Source: Thermodesulfovibrionales bacterium
Lineage (GTDB): Bacteria > Nitrospirota > Thermodesulfovibrionia > Thermodesulfovibrionales > SM23-35
DNA length: 39,883 nucleotides
Assembly (NCBI GenBank): GCA_049700155.1
Contig: JBNAVX010000022.1
Location: forward strand, 1 to 39,883
Direction of reading: 5' to 3'
The position numbers were made by a program, and so were the translations under genes. Numbering within the stretch: position 1 is the stretch's first letter; each line of letters starts with the position of its first letter. Shown here in pieces: positions 16,966-28,143 of this stretch. The notes beneath the pieces are model-generated. The model saw only the letters and a program-made list of their open reading frames with translations. It was not told the origin of the DNA and made no database searches.

Positions 16966-17326
16966 AGTATGTTGCAGATGATGTCTCTGATTCCCAGACT
17001 GTGACTGCAGAGACATGGATATTTTCATCATCTATCTTTTTAACAAGGCAATCATAAATCCATTTTGCAATATTTTCAGAGGATGGATTCTTTTCAGTAA
17101 ATGGAAAGATTTCATTCAAGACACTATGATCAAGGGGTGCTATAACCTCATTTGTTATTCTTTTTAAATCATGGAAATCCATTGCTATATCTATCTCATT
17201 AAGCCTTTCTGCAACAACATAAACCTGAACTTTCCAGTTATGACCATGAAGACGCTCACATTTTCCCATATAACCCTTCAGTTGATGGGCTGCTGAAAAT
17301 GTTGTCTCTATCATAAGTTCAAACAT
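16958..17326 (-). CDS. queD: 6-carboxytetrahydropterin synthase
   Basis: FSAAH, CERLHGHNW, LDH, NPSSEN and VWES motifs. Confidence 0.95.
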   Translation of the reverse strand: MFELMIETTFSAAHQLKGYMGKCERLHGHNWKVQVYVVAERLNEIDIAMDFHDLKRITNEVIAPLDHSVLNEIFPFTEKNPSSENIAKWIYDCLVKKIDDENIHVSAVTVWESETSSATYYE

Positions 17327-17329
17327 AAG

Positions 17330-17851
17330 TTATACAGATTTTTTGAATATTGCTATATAGGGAAGATTTCTGAACTTATTTTCATAGTCAAGTCCGTAGC
17401 CAACAACAAAAACGTTCGGTATTTCATATCCCACATAATCAAGTGGGACATCCACCCTTCTCCTTTCTTTTTTATCAAGAAATACACATATCTTAAGACT
17501 CTTTGGCTTCTTTGCAAGAATTCTTTCTCTTATGAAATTAAGCGTAAAACCAGAATCAATGATATCCTCTATCAGGAGTACATCTTTGCCAGAAATGTCT
17601 TCTCTGATATCATAATGTATTTTTACATCTCCTGTAGTTTCTGTCTTCGCATAACTTGAAGCTACAACAAAATCAATAGTTAAAGGAACCTTGATAGCCC
17701 TTACTAAATCTGAAAAAAACATAAAGGCACCTTTAAGCACTCCTATTGCAAGAATATCTTTTCCTGTATAATCATCTGATATCCTGTCTGCCAGCTCTTT
17801 AACTTTATTCTGAATCTGCTCAATTGTAAAAAAAGGTTTACCAATGACCAT
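17330..17851 (-). CDS. hpt: Hypoxanthine phosphoribosyltransferase
   Basis: VLKGA, IEDIIDSGFT and FVVGYGLDY motifs; start at ATG 17851 with a GGAGGA SD. Confidence 0.95.
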   Translation of the reverse strand: MVIGKPFFTIEQIQNKVKELADRISDDYTGKDILAIGVLKGAFMFFSDLVRAIKVPLTIDFVVASSYAKTETTGDVKIHYDIREDISGKDVLLIEDIIDSGFTLNFIRERILAKKPKSLKICVFLDKKERRRVDVPLDYVGYEIPNVFVVGYGLDYENKFRNLPYIAIFKKSV

Positions 17852-17959
17852 GATTCCTCCTTCATTTTTTGAGTAATTCAATAAATAATACATTCATTGA
17901 ATAGAAAATGGCAATAAACGTTTGATTGAAGATGCTATAATAGATAAACTAAGAAGGAA

Positions 17960-20755
17960 ATGTCTATTAAAGTCTTCTATATCCCTTTCCGCTTCAAAGG
18001 ATTAACAGAGTTTCTTTTAAACATGTCAACTGAGTATTCAGGTAGCACTGATTATTCAGGGATTCTCTATATTGCTCCAACGCCAAGAAAAGTTAGGGAA
18101 GCACAAAAAACTTTTCATATGATCAGAAGAGGTAGTTATATACCTCCTCAAATGATGACTGTTAAACAACTTTCAAAAAGAATTTACTCTCTTTATGGAG
18201 ACAGATATGTGATACCTAATAGCCTGATACCGATATTAATATCAAGAATTACTGAAAAAGGGATAGGCTTTGCATCCATCATTGCAGAATTTGTTAGCGA
18301 GATAAAACAGTATCATCCATCTAAAGATATTGAAACCATTGAAAATGCGATAAATGCCATTTTTTATGAACTTAACATCCCTGAGGAAGTTTCAAATAGG
18401 GTAAGGGAAGTTGTACAGATCTTTAAGATATATAATGACCTTTTAAAAAGAGGCTATGCTGTTGATGAAGATGATGTGATGGCAGAATGTCCTGAACTAA
18501 TTAAGAAAAATAACTGGGGGAAAAATATACTTATTCTTGATGGATTTTATGAACTTACAAAATCAGAAGAGGAAATAATTAAGTCTCTTATCAATAATTC
18601 TGAAATTGTGCTGATATCAATAAATTATGATTCTTTATTTGCCAATATTACAAATAGTTATATTGAATTTTTAAATAATAACTTTAAATTTGAGGAGGTA
18701 TTTTTAGCTTCAAATTTAATCCAAAAGGATATTTATTACTATTCATACCCTGGAATAGAAGAAGAAGTAGAGGGAATTGCACGATGTATTAAAAATTACT
18801 TCATATCAGGAAAGATAAGAGAGCTTGAGAAGGTAACAGTTGCTTTTCCAAAACTACATGAATACTCAAACATAGTGGAACGGGTCTTCAAGAGATATGG
18901 AATTCCGTATAACATATCAGTTTCAAAACCGACTCATAAGTCACGACCTATACTTGATTTATTATCTCTGATTGAATCAGTCACAGATGATTATCCCAGG
19001 CTTGCCTTCTCAAGGTTTCTTATTTCACCATATTTTAAAAACCTTCCACCAGAATTCAAGGATTGGATTCCTTTACTCTCACTTGAATCAGGGATCATAA
19101 AAGGAAAAGACCAATGGTTGAATATGATAAAAAAACTTCTCAGTCAGCACTCATCAAGCAATATTCCTCTCTCTCAAATAGAAAAGGGTCTCAAATGGCT
19201 ATTCAAAAAACTATTACCTTTAGAAAATATAAGAAATGAAGGAAACTTCAAACAATTAAGTAATACTATAAATAAAATATTAAAAGCCCTTGATTTTACG
19301 CTTGAAGACAAAGAATTAGAAGAAGAAGTTCATAAAGCTCTTAGGGAACTTTCCCTCGTTGAATGTCTTATCCAGTATATTTCAAATGATAAAAAAACTC
19401 AAACAGGTGTTAAGAGCAATTTGCGTCAATTCTTAGATTCTTTCAGATATATCATGAACATTTCAGAGATGGATATTGAAGATACAGGTGTCCAGATTAC
19501 AGATTTTTTTGAAATAAGAGGGACTGAACCTGAATTCCTTTTTCTTGGAGGATTGAAAGAAGGAGACCTCCCTTCCAAGCCAGATATTGACTACATACTT
19601 CCTGACAGTGTCAGGACAAAGCTTGGTCTTGTAAATATGAGAAGATATCTCTCTCTTCAGAAATTCCTTTTTTTCAAGTCAATTGAATCAGTAGAAAATA
19701 TATATCTTTCTTATCCTTTAATGGAGATGGATAAGTTGTTCCTTCCATCCCCTTTTCTGCCAAGAAATAGAGAGAAAAAAGACATGGTAACTGGGATCTT
19801 TTCAAGAGAAGAAGAGCTTATTAGCAGAGGGGGTATTCCCCTTTCTTATTATATCTGTGAAATAGAAAGAGTAGATGACAGTTTAATAAAAGACAGGTAT
19901 GGAGAAGATTCATATATAAAAGTAACAGACATAGATTCCTACAGAACATGCCCGAGAAAATATTTTATTGAAAAAATTCTCTGCCTCGAACCCCTTGAAA
20001 TAAAGGAATATAAGATTGAGGCAATGTTACTTGGGAATATTGTTCATGAGATAATGCAAAGTCTTCTGTCATCTTCTTTTAAAAATGAAGAGGATTTCAG
20101 GGTCAAAGCAGAAGAGATAATTGTAAACCTCCTTGTTAATAAACCAATTGAGAATTACTGGAAAAATTTTATTTTGGACTCTTTTTTATCAATCATTCCA
20201 GAAATATACGATATTGAATCCAATATTCTTAAAGAAGGTTACTCATTTATGGCTGCCGAGTTTCCTGTTGAAGGCGAGCCTATAAAAGGGATAAAACTAA
20301 AAGGAAAGATAGACAGGATAGATAAAAAAGCTCAAAATTCAAAATTCAAAACTCAAAACTTAAAAGCAAATAAATCTATTGAGCTTATTGATTATAAGAC
20401 TGGTTCTACACAGTTTACAGGACAGCAAATAAGAACAAAAGGTGCAAATTTGCAACTTTTCCTTTACGCATCATTGATGAAGATAAAAGGATTTGATGTT
20501 GAACGTGTTGGTTTATATTCACTGAAAGATATAAACATTTTATGGATACCAGGAAAAAATGATAAAAAAGAAGGACGGACAATTGAGGACTATATAATTA
20601 CAAGTCTTAAATTTCTTGAAGACACAGTCTTTGAACTGCGGAAAGGACATTTTCCTGCATATCCTTTAAATGAATTTATATGCTGGAATTGTTCTGAAAG
20701 ACCATATTGCCCGTATATACAAAAGTCATTAAGAGATTATGGAAAAATATCTTGA
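17960..20755 (+). CDS. addB: AddB/RexB-like helicase-nuclease subunit
   Basis: C-terminal PD-(D/E)xK domain (GKIDRID, DYK, LQL.LY) with Fe-S staple TCP...CWNC..RPYC; overlaps the addA-like gene. Confidence 0.8.
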   Translation: MSIKVFYIPFRFKGLTEFLLNMSTEYSGSTDYSGILYIAPTPRKVREAQKTFHMIRRGSYIPPQMMTVKQLSKRIYSLYGDRYVIPNSLIPILISRITEKGIGFASIIAEFVSEIKQYHPSKDIETIENAINAIFYELNIPEEVSNRVREVVQIFKIYNDLLKRGYAVDEDDVMAECPELIKKNNWGKNILILDGFYELTKSEEEIIKSLINNSEIVLISINYDSLFANITNSYIEFLNNNFKFEEVFLASNLIQKDIYYYSYPGIEEEVEGIARCIKNYFISGKIRELEKVTVAFPKLHEYSNIVERVFKRYGIPYNISVSKPTHKSRPILDLLSLIESVTDDYPRLAFSRFLISPYFKNLPPEFKDWIPLLSLESGIIKGKDQWLNMIKKLLSQHSSSNIPLSQIEKGLKWLFKKLLPLENIRNEGNFKQLSNTINKILKALDFTLEDKELEEEVHKALRELSLVECLIQYISNDKKTQTGVKSNLRQFLDSFRYIMNISEMDIEDTGVQITDFFEIRGTEPEFLFLGGLKEGDLPSKPDIDYILPDSVRTKLGLVNMRRYLSLQKFLFFKSIESVENIYLSYPLMEMDKLFLPSPFLPRNREKKDMVTGIFSREEELISRGGIPLSYYICEIERVDDSLIKDRYGEDSYIKVTDIDSYRTCPRKYFIEKILCLEPLEIKEYKIEAMLLGNIVHEIMQSLLSSSFKNEEDFRVKAEEIIVNLLVNKPIENYWKNFILDSFLSIIPEIYDIESNILKEGYSFMAAEFPVEGEPIKGIKLKGKIDRIDKKAQNSKFKTQNLKANKSIELIDYKTGSTQFTGQQIRTKGANLQLFLYASLMKIKGFDVERVGLYSLKDINILWIPGKNDKKEGRTIEDYIITSLKFLEDTVFELRKGHFPAYPLNEFICWNCSERPYCPYIQKSLRDYGKIS
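20331..20365 (+). repeat. Five tandem heptamers (YTYAAAA) inside the addB nuclease domain
   Basis: ctcaaaa ttcaaaa ttcaaaa ctcaaaa cttaaaa. Confidence 0.8.
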
Positions 20756-23597
20756 TATAACAAAGAGCATTATTATCTCATCACCTGCGGGTTCAGGAAA
20801 GACAGAAAAGCTCGCGAGGCGCTATATAAGCTTACTTCTTGGTGGAAATGAGATAGAAAAGATACTTGCAATCACATTTACTGAAAAAGCTGCAGCAGAG
20901 ATGAAAGACAGGATACTCTCAATCCTTGAAAAAGAACATCCTGATTTATTTTTAAAAATTCGAGAGAAGATACCTCTAATGCGTATATCCACAATTCATG
21001 CCTTCTGTCTTAAACTTCTTAAAAGATTTTCTATTGAGTTAGGAATTGATCCTTCTTTTAATATATTAGATGAGTTTACTTCATCGCTAATCTGGTCAGA
21101 ATCAGTATATGAAGCTTTAATGGAAGAAAAAGAAAGTCCTGAACTTTTTTACGAGATGATGAAGGACAGAGGTATAAGAGGATGGGATATCCTTTATAGA
21201 ACACTTAATGAACTTCATAGCAAAAGACCTCACCCAGAGCTTATCTTGAAAGAGGGGCATTTAGTTGAAGGAGATGAGGAAAAAAAGATTCTTAATTTAT
21301 ATTCTCGATGCCTTAAACATTATTTAGAAAAAAAGAAAGAGAGGCATCTTGTTGACTATAATGACCTTGAGCTACTTACATATGAAGCCTTAAGCAAAAA
21401 CCCTGAATGGATGAACATACTTTATTCTTTTGATGAACATACAGACCATATCCTTGTTGATGAATTCCAAGATACAAGTTCCCTTCAGTGGAAGATTATA
21501 GATAAGCTAACAGAGGAGTGGAGAGCAGGTATGGGTTCTAAGAAAGAATCAGGAAGGACACCAACAATCTTTCTTGTAGGAGATGAAAAACAATCTATAT
21601 ATCTGTTCAGAGGTGCAAATGTAAGCATCTTCCATGAGGCAAGAGAAAAACTTTCAGAATGGCTTAAAGATGAATACCTTTTTGAAGAGATAAAAGAAAA
21701 CTATCGTAGTCTCCCTGCTATAACAGAATTTGTAAACAGTCTCTTCAAAAGACTTATGCAACCATATATTTATGAAAGCTGGCGCACAAGGTATGCACCT
21801 TTTGAAGCAACAAGAAAAGGAGAAGGTAGGGTTGAACTTATATTGATAGAAGGGAATGAAAGTACAAAAGAAAGCAGGGAAAAGGAGGCATCTATCCTTG
21901 CAAAAAGGATTCAGTCACTTGTTGGTAACTATGAAATATATGACGGAGATAAAAAGAGAGCCTGTCTTTACAGTGATATGGCGATTCTCCTCAGAAGAAG
22001 GACGCACCTCTCTCTTCTTGAAGATGCCTTAAGAATATATAAAATACCATTTGTTATTGTTAAAGGGATTGGTTTTTATGATGAACCAGAAGTTGCATTT
22101 CTACGCGAACTTATTTCCTTCCTTGTTGATCCAAAAGATGACTATAGCCTATTCTGTATCCTGAGGTCGCCTTTATTCAATATTGACTATGACACATTAT
22201 TCAGATTGATTGATAAAAAAGGTGAAGTCTCATTATATGAAAAACTAAAGAATTCCATACCGTTAAACCTGTCTCTCTTGGAAGACAAAAAAAATAGATT
22301 TGTAACACATAATCTATATAAAGCATATAATCTTATTTCTGAATGGATTGAAAAAATTAGAACGCTTCCCCTTTCTATACTCCTTGAGGAGATACTCTCA
22401 GAGACAGATGGATGGCAATATTTCTGGGAAAGGCAGAGACATGTGAATATTAAAAAGTTTATAAAAATAATTGAACAGTATGATGCCAGTGGTTTGTCTA
22501 TTCTTGAAATCAGGGAAAAACTAATCAGCGCCAGGCAAGGCGAGGAAGCAAAGGCAAATATAAATACTGAAGGCATGAATGCTGTAAAGATAATGACTGT
22601 TCATGCTGCTAAAGGTCTTGAATTTCCTATAGTCTTTCTCCCTTCACTTGATGAAGAAAACACACCTAAAAGTAAATCAATTGTTATAGATGAAGAAGAT
22701 GGCAGAATATTTTTTGGATATGAAGAAGACTCAAATGCAAGAAAAAAGAGAGAGTTATTTCAGAGGAGGAAAGAAAAGGAGATTGAAGAAGAGAAAAGAC
22801 TTTTCTATGTCTCTGCAACAAGAGCAAGGGATTTTCTCTGTATGATTGCCTCACAAAAACAAGATAAAAGACCTAAAAATTGCAGACTTTCTTATATTTT
22901 GGAAAACCTTGAATACCTCCAATCCTTGAAAATCATGAATGAAGCTGAATTGAACAATTTATATTCGACCTCTAATACTAAATCTATTATTTCAGAAGAA
23001 ACATCAAAAAATCTTATGAAGGGACCTATATACACGAAACCTATTCCATATGAGCCAGAATTTAAATGGAGAGATGTCACAGAAGAAATAGCAGACATAA
23101 GAGTAAAGCATGGACATGATTGGGTATTGCTTGGAAAAGTTTTTCACCAACTTTTTGAAGAAATCTCAAGGGGTCTTCTAAATTTAAATATTCTGGAGAG
23201 ACGTGCATGGGTTCTTCTGAAGTCCGAGATATTTGTTGAAGATAAGCTTGACAATTATATTAAGATTATAAAATCTGATTTTAAAAAACTTTCTGATTCA
23301 GGATATCTTGAGGATATCATCTTATCACGTAAAGATTCTTTTGTAGAGTTACCATTTATTTATCAAAAAGGAAAGACCATATTCAGGGGAAGAATTGACA
23401 GAATTATTTTGAAAAACAATATTGCATATATATATGATTACAAGACTTTCCCTGTAGAGGAAAAAGAACTGCCAGAACTTAAAGAGAGATATAGATTTCA
23501 GATGGATATTTATAAAGAAGCGGTTGAAGATATATTAAAACTCAGGACAAAGAGCTATCTGCTTTTTACCCATTTACCTTTACTAATGGAGCTATAA
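20739..23597 (+). CDS. addA: AddA/RexA-like UvrD helicase-nuclease
   Basis: SPAGSGKT, TFT, VDEFQD, VGDEKQSIY.FRGA, TVHAAKGLEF, YV..TRA, and C-terminal GRID/DYKT. Confidence 0.85.
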   Translation: MEKYLDITKSIIISSPAGSGKTEKLARRYISLLLGGNEIEKILAITFTEKAAAEMKDRILSILEKEHPDLFLKIREKIPLMRISTIHAFCLKLLKRFSIELGIDPSFNILDEFTSSLIWSESVYEALMEEKESPELFYEMMKDRGIRGWDILYRTLNELHSKRPHPELILKEGHLVEGDEEKKILNLYSRCLKHYLEKKKERHLVDYNDLELLTYEALSKNPEWMNILYSFDEHTDHILVDEFQDTSSLQWKIIDKLTEEWRAGMGSKKESGRTPTIFLVGDEKQSIYLFRGANVSIFHEAREKLSEWLKDEYLFEEIKENYRSLPAITEFVNSLFKRLMQPYIYESWRTRYAPFEATRKGEGRVELILIEGNESTKESREKEASILAKRIQSLVGNYEIYDGDKKRACLYSDMAILLRRRTHLSLLEDALRIYKIPFVIVKGIGFYDEPEVAFLRELISFLVDPKDDYSLFCILRSPLFNIDYDTLFRLIDKKGEVSLYEKLKNSIPLNLSLLEDKKNRFVTHNLYKAYNLISEWIEKIRTLPLSILLEEILSETDGWQYFWERQRHVNIKKFIKIIEQYDASGLSILEIREKLISARQGEEAKANINTEGMNAVKIMTVHAAKGLEFPIVFLPSLDEENTPKSKSIVIDEEDGRIFFGYEEDSNARKKRELFQRRKEKEIEEEKRLFYVSATRARDFLCMIASQKQDKRPKNCRLSYILENLEYLQSLKIMNEAELNNLYSTSNTKSIISEETSKNLMKGPIYTKPIPYEPEFKWRDVTEEIADIRVKHGHDWVLLGKVFHQLFEEISRGLLNLNILERRAWVLLKSEIFVEDKLDNYIKIIKSDFKKLSDSGYLEDIILSRKDSFVELPFIYQKGKTIFRGRIDRIILKNNIAYIYDYKTFPVEEKELPELKERYRFQMDIYKEAVEDILKLRTKSYLLFTHLPLLMEL

Positions 23598-23647
23598 AAT
23601 ATATTTAGCCCTAATTCATAAATTTATGAGTAACTGGCAGATGCAGC

Positions 23648-23689
23648 ATTCTACTCCTGTAACAGAAAGTTCTGCTACAGGAGTAGAAT
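23648..23689. terminator. Long hairpin between convergent genes, probable bidirectional terminator
   Basis: ATTCTACTCCTGTAACAGAA / TTCTGCTACAGGAGTAGAAT, 20-bp arms with one mismatch. Confidence 0.7.
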
Positions 23690-23693
23690 AATT

Positions 23694-23852
23694 TTAGTTT
23701 TCACAACATAAACGTCTCATTTTCTTCTTTCCATTTGGAGTAAGGGCCATAACAACCTCTACTTTATTACCGCAAAAACGACACCGTTGGATTCTGTTTT
23801 TTGCATCTGCCCTTGCCATAACATCTGTCTTTGATTTTCCTTTCTCTGCCAT
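23694..23852 (-). CDS. Small basic Cys-rich protein (52 aa), not in the ORF track
   Basis: MAEKGKSKTDVMARADAKNRIQRCRFCGNKVEVVMALTPNGKKKMRRLCCEN*, with an AGGAGG SD upstream and a hairpin directly downstream. Confidence 0.75.
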   Translation of the reverse strand: MAEKGKSKTDVMARADAKNRIQRCRFCGNKVEVVMALTPNGKKKMRRLCCEN

Positions 23853-24072
23853 CTTCTACCTCCTTTCTTTTAAGATATTTTTAAAGTGACCAAATCAAAA
23901 AATACCCTGTTCTTTAAATTGGAGTTATTAAATAATTACTGGATAGCTTCTTTATACAATAGAAGCTAAAATTGTTTTAGGATATAAAAAACTTTATATT
24001 ATAATTAATAGGAAGAAAAAAAATCAAATACATTCACGTATCGATAGAATTGGGACTCCAATGGCAATTTCA

Positions 24073-24612
24073 TTATTTTTTCCCTGTAGGGCATTTAATG
24101 CCTTCAAAGGCATAAACTATTCTTTTCCCTTTTTCGAGTCTATTGGAGGGGCAGGGTATCTTTTTAAAATCATTCATTATATTCAGTGCTTCATCACGGT
24201 TGTAAATCTCTTTAAGAGATTTACCGATTATCTTACCTTCAACAACATCTATTATCTTTGCGCTTTCGCCATCAGTGACCACAGCAAAAGGGATCAGATA
24301 GTCCTTTACAACACTTGCAAAAGATGTTATATATCTCTCCCATGATTCAAATGTCCCAGTAGTGCAATGTATAACCATAAAACTTAACGAGTTAAGATTT
24401 ATAAGGAAGTCTATATGAACTTTTATATATTTATCTTTTAGATCTATCTTGAATTCTGGGCTTATCTCTATCTCTTCTAATTTAAAATGTTTTTCTTTTA
24501 TAAGGAATTCCCATACCTTTTGCTTTACACTACTAAGTTGCACTTTCTCAATTTCTTCTTCCTCCTTTATGTGATCTTCGATTATCTTTTCTCTATCATC
24601 TATAAATTCCAT
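24073..24612 (-). CDS. Standalone HsdR N-terminal-like (restriction-fold) protein
   Basis: FLIKEKHF...EI, ID, FAVVTDG pattern; the catalytic lysine motif appears degenerate. Confidence 0.65.
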   Translation of the reverse strand: MEFIDDREKIIEDHIKEEEEIEKVQLSSVKQKVWEFLIKEKHFKLEEIEISPEFKIDLKDKYIKVHIDFLINLNSLSFMVIHCTTGTFESWERYITSFASVVKDYLIPFAVVTDGESAKIIDVVEGKIIGKSLKEIYNRDEALNIMNDFKKIPCPSNRLEKGKRIVYAFEGIKCPTGKK

Positions 24613-25141
24613 ATTTTCCCTCTTTAAATTTATTCTTCAACATCTCTCTTGCCTTCATGAATATATCAATATGTGTTTTATCCTGATAATCTTTATAAGT
24701 AAAAAGATGTGGTTTATACATACTTTTTTTGTATATAAGAGTTACCTCTCCATAAATACCTTTGCCAAGATAGATACGATGTGCATAGTTTTTTGTGGAT
24801 GCAAGGACAACCTTTGATAGAGTGAGGTAACCAGGGTCAAGATTAATACTCCTTTTACCTTCTAAAGAAAGTGATAACTCTATTTCATTAGTTCTCAGTT
24901 TAACATCAGCAAGTACTCCGGGATCAATCAGTTTTTGAAAAAAGATAAGTTGTCTATAAAGAGGCCAGCCGATCTCATCTTTATAATATGTAGAATATTC
25001 CCATGTAAGGGAAGGGCTAATAAATAATACATCTCCAAAATTCTTTTCAAGTATTTCTTTTGAACGATAGAAAGTATCATTATTACTATATAGAGTGCTT
25101 ATAAAAAGGAGTACCGGATCAGGGTTTCTGGTTCTTCCCAC
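24596..25141 (-). CDS. DUF4416 family protein
   Basis: YY..E.G, R.INLDPGY, LASTKN.AHRIYL and TY.DY motifs. Confidence 0.8.
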   Translation of the reverse strand: MGRTRNPDPVLLFISTLYSNNDTFYRSKEILEKNFGDVLFISPSLTWEYSTYYKDEIGWPLYRQLIFFQKLIDPGVLADVKLRTNEIELSLSLEGKRSINLDPGYLTLSKVVLASTKNYAHRIYLGKGIYGEVTLIYKKSMYKPHLFTYKDYQDKTHIDIFMKAREMLKNKFKEGKYGIYR

Positions 25142-25143
25142 TG

Positions 25144-25671
25144 CTATTCATTTATTAGTTTTGATAACAATTCTATGACATATGGAGAATCCCATTCTGA
25201 AGGACCTATTACTTTATTTCTCAGTATCCCATTTTTGTCAATTATGAATGTCTCAGGGACACCTGTGATACCAAATTTATCAGCAGCAGATCCGTCAGAA
25301 TCAAGGTATACTGGAAAGGTGTAGTTCATTTCTTTCATATAATAATTTACCTTATTTATATCATCATTATATAGAATAGTTAACATCCTGAAATCAGGAT
25401 TCCCTTCAAATTTTTTTGATAACCTTTCTATTGAAGGTAGTTCTTCAATACATGGAGGACACCATGTTGCCCAGAAATTGACAAAGATTACAGAACCTTT
25501 TAGATCAGCTAATTTCAGTCTATTTTTATAAGAAGAATCAGTCAGTTCAATATTTGGGACTGGAAGACCTACTCTTGTTGAAGTTTTAGGATACTGATGT
25601 CTTATAAACAAATAGATAACAGTGATTATAAAGAAGGCCAAAACAAGAAGGATAACAGTTTTACTTTTCAA
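25144..25671 (-). CDS. TlpA/ResA-family thiol-disulfide reductase
   Basis: N-terminal TM segment, NFWATWCPPC and GVPETF. Confidence 0.92.
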   Translation of the reverse strand: MKSKTVILLVLAFFIITVIYLFIRHQYPKTSTRVGLPVPNIELTDSSYKNRLKLADLKGSVIFVNFWATWCPPCIEELPSIERLSKKFEGNPDFRMLTILYNDDINKVNYYMKEMNYTFPVYLDSDGSAADKFGITGVPETFIIDKNGILRNKVIGPSEWDSPYVIELLSKLINE

Positions 25672-25701
25672 ATCTCAGAGTTGATTATCTGATTTATAAT
25701 T

Positions 25702-28143
25702 TTAATTAACACCAGATAAAACAGATTCTTCTTCTGAAGCAATGAATACAGGAGTATCGTCTTCAAGAATAACTTTAATCTTATGTAAACCTTTAAATCT
25801 TCCCCTTAAAATTTCTTCAGATAATGGGTCTTCAATGACCTTCTGCACGGCTCTTCGCATAGGTCTTGCACCATAAGCAGGTTGATAATAGTGTTTTAAT
25901 ATCCATTCTTTGACTTCCTGTGATACCTCAATAACAAGCTCCCTATCAACAAGCATCTTATTTGTTTCTTCAACGAGAAGGTCGATAATAGAGAGCAGAT
26001 GTTCTTTTTCAAGAGGATGGAAGACAACTATTTCATCAACACGATTGAGGAACTCTGGATTAAAAGTCTTTTTTAGTTCACTCAGTACATTTTCTTTGAT
26101 TTTTTCATATACGATCTCAGATGCATCTCTTTGAAAACCCAATGGAGTTGCTTTTTCAATAAGCCTTGCACCAAGATTTGAGGTCATTATTATAAGTGTA
26201 TTTTTAAAATCTACCTTTCTCCCAAAACTGTCTGTAAGGACGCCTTCATCAAGAACCTGTAAGAGTATATTGAAGACATCTGGATGTGCCTTTTCTATTT
26301 CATCAAAAAGTACAACAGAATAAGGTTTTTTCCTGATTCTTTCTGTGAGCTGTCCACCTTCTTCATAGCCTACGTATCCAGGAGGTGCACCTGTAAGACG
26401 GGAGACATTAAATCTTTCCATGTACTCAGACATATCAATCTTAACCAATGAACTTTCGTCATTGAACATAAACCATGCCAATGCTTTCGCAAGCTCTGTT
26501 TTACCAACCCCTGTAGGACCGAGGAAAAAGAAAGAGCCAATAGGTTTTTTACTCGACTTTAATCCTGCTCTTGATCTTCTTATCGCCCTTGAGACTGCCT
26601 TGATAGCTTCGTCTTGAGCTATAATCCTCTTATGGAGTTCTTCCTCCATCCTTATGAGTTTTTCAGATTCTTTCTCCTCTAATTTAGCAAGTGGTATACC
26701 TGTCATCTTAGAGACAGTATATGCGACATCCTCTTCCATTATAGAAGGAATTTCTTTATTAAGATTATCTCTCCATTGTTTATAAAGCTGGTCATGAATC
26801 TTTTTGAGTTTTTCCTCTTCAAGACGTATAGAAGAAGCTCGTTCAAGGTCATGAAGCTTAATATAAAGATTTTTTTCCTTTGACAATCTATGTATTTCAG
26901 CCTCAAGTTCTTTCAATTCGCGGGGTGGGCTATATCTTTTAAGCTTTATTCTCGAACCAGTCTCATCTATTACATCTATTGCCTTGTCAGGTAGATATCT
27001 GTCAGAGATATATCTATCAGATAGCCTTGCTGCAGCATCTATTGCCTCATCAGTTATCTTAACCTTATGGTGACTTTCATATCTCGGACGCAATCCTTTT
27101 AAAATATTGATTGTGCTTTCAACATCAGGTGGTTGAATATTAACAGGCTGGAATCTCCGTTCAAGTGCTCCGTCTTTTTCTATATATTTTCTATACTCAT
27201 CAGGTGTTGTTGCACCTATACACTGTATCTCACCTCGAGAAAGGGCAGGTTTCAACATGCTCGATGCATCCACCGAACCTTCAGCAGCACCAGCACCTAT
27301 TAAGGTATGTAATTCATCAATAAACAAGATTACATTGTCAGACTGAATAATCTCCTTCATTACAATCTTGAGTCTTTCTTCAAATTGTCCTCTGTATTTT
27401 GTGCCTGCGATAAGTGCTCCGAGGTCAAGTGAAACAATACGCTTTCCCAAAAGACTATCAGGAACTTCTCCTGAAACAATCTTCTGGGCAAGCCCTTCTA
27501 CAATAGCCGTCTTACCAACACCGGGCTCTCCTATTATTGCAGGATTGTTTTTGATACGTCTACCAAGTATCTGTATTAGACGTTCTATTTCATCTTCTCT
27601 GTCTATAACAGGATCGAGTTTTCCCTCTTTTGCCATTTGTGTTAAATCCCTTCCAAATTCATCGAGTGCAGGGGTTGTACTCCTCTTTTCTCTTATATTT
27701 GTATGTGTCCTTATTGAGAAATTTATTGTGAGTTGTCTTGCTCCAAGAAGGTTTGCGCCAAGGTTACGGAGTATCTTACCGCCTATTCCTTCCTCTTCTC
27801 TTATAAGCCCGAGTAAGATATGTTCGCTTCCTATGTAATTATGACCAAGTAGCCGTGCTTCTTCTACAGCAAGTTCAAGGACTTTTTTGGCACGTGGTGT
27901 GAATGGGATATCGTCAAATGTCATAAGGTCAGTACCCTGTGGTAGATTCCTTTCGACCTCCATACGGACTTCTTCGCGGGTTATACCCATTCGTTTAAGT
28001 ATTGCTACAGGCAAGCCATCTTCTTCTCTCAGAATTGCAAGCAATAAGTGTTCAGTCCCAAGGTAATCATTCTGGCGTTTTTCAGCCTCTTCCTTTGCAT
28101 AAATGATTACCTTTCTTCCTCTTTCTGTAAACTTCTCAAACAT
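25702..28143 (-). CDS. clpC: ATP-dependent Clp protease ATP-binding subunit ClpC
   Basis: Clp N repeats, two AAA+ modules ([16 protein letters not shown]), short middle coiled coil and LGF loop. Confidence 0.95.
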   Translation of the reverse strand: MFEKFTERGRKVIIYAKEEAEKRQNDYLGTEHLLLAILREEDGLPVAILKRMGITREEVRMEVERNLPQGTDLMTFDDIPFTPRAKKVLELAVEEARLLGHNYIGSEHILLGLIREEEGIGGKILRNLGANLLGARQLTINFSIRTHTNIREKRSTTPALDEFGRDLTQMAKEGKLDPVIDREDEIERLIQILGRRIKNNPAIIGEPGVGKTAIVEGLAQKIVSGEVPDSLLGKRIVSLDLGALIAGTKYRGQFEERLKIVMKEIIQSDNVILFIDELHTLIGAGAAEGSVDASSMLKPALSRGEIQCIGATTPDEYRKYIEKDGALERRFQPVNIQPPDVESTINILKGLRPRYESHHKVKITDEAIDAAARLSDRYISDRYLPDKAIDVIDETGSRIKLKRYSPPRELKELEAEIHRLSKEKNLYIKLHDLERASSIRLEEEKLKKIHDQLYKQWRDNLNKEIPSIMEEDVAYTVSKMTGIPLAKLEEKESEKLIRMEEELHKRIIAQDEAIKAVSRAIRRSRAGLKSSKKPIGSFFFLGPTGVGKTELAKALAWFMFNDESSLVKIDMSEYMERFNVSRLTGAPPGYVGYEEGGQLTERIRKKPYSVVLFDEIEKAHPDVFNILLQVLDEGVLTDSFGRKVDFKNTLIIMTSNLGARLIEKATPLGFQRDASEIVYEKIKENVLSELKKTFNPEFLNRVDEIVVFHPLEKEHLLSIIDLLVEETNKMLVDRELVIEVSQEVKEWILKHYYQPAYGARPMRRAVQKVIEDPLSEEILRGRFKGLHKIKVILEDDTPVFIASEEESVLSGVN

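Noticed and set aside
16966-17031. N-terminal extension of the PmbA-like ORF
   Set aside because: It overlaps queD; ATG 16965 is the more plausible start.
27368-27838. 156-aa plus-strand ORF and other antisense ORFs in clpC, rnj, uppP, phoU and the acyl-CoA dehydrogenase
   Set aside because: They are antisense to well-conserved genes and show no recognisable motifs.
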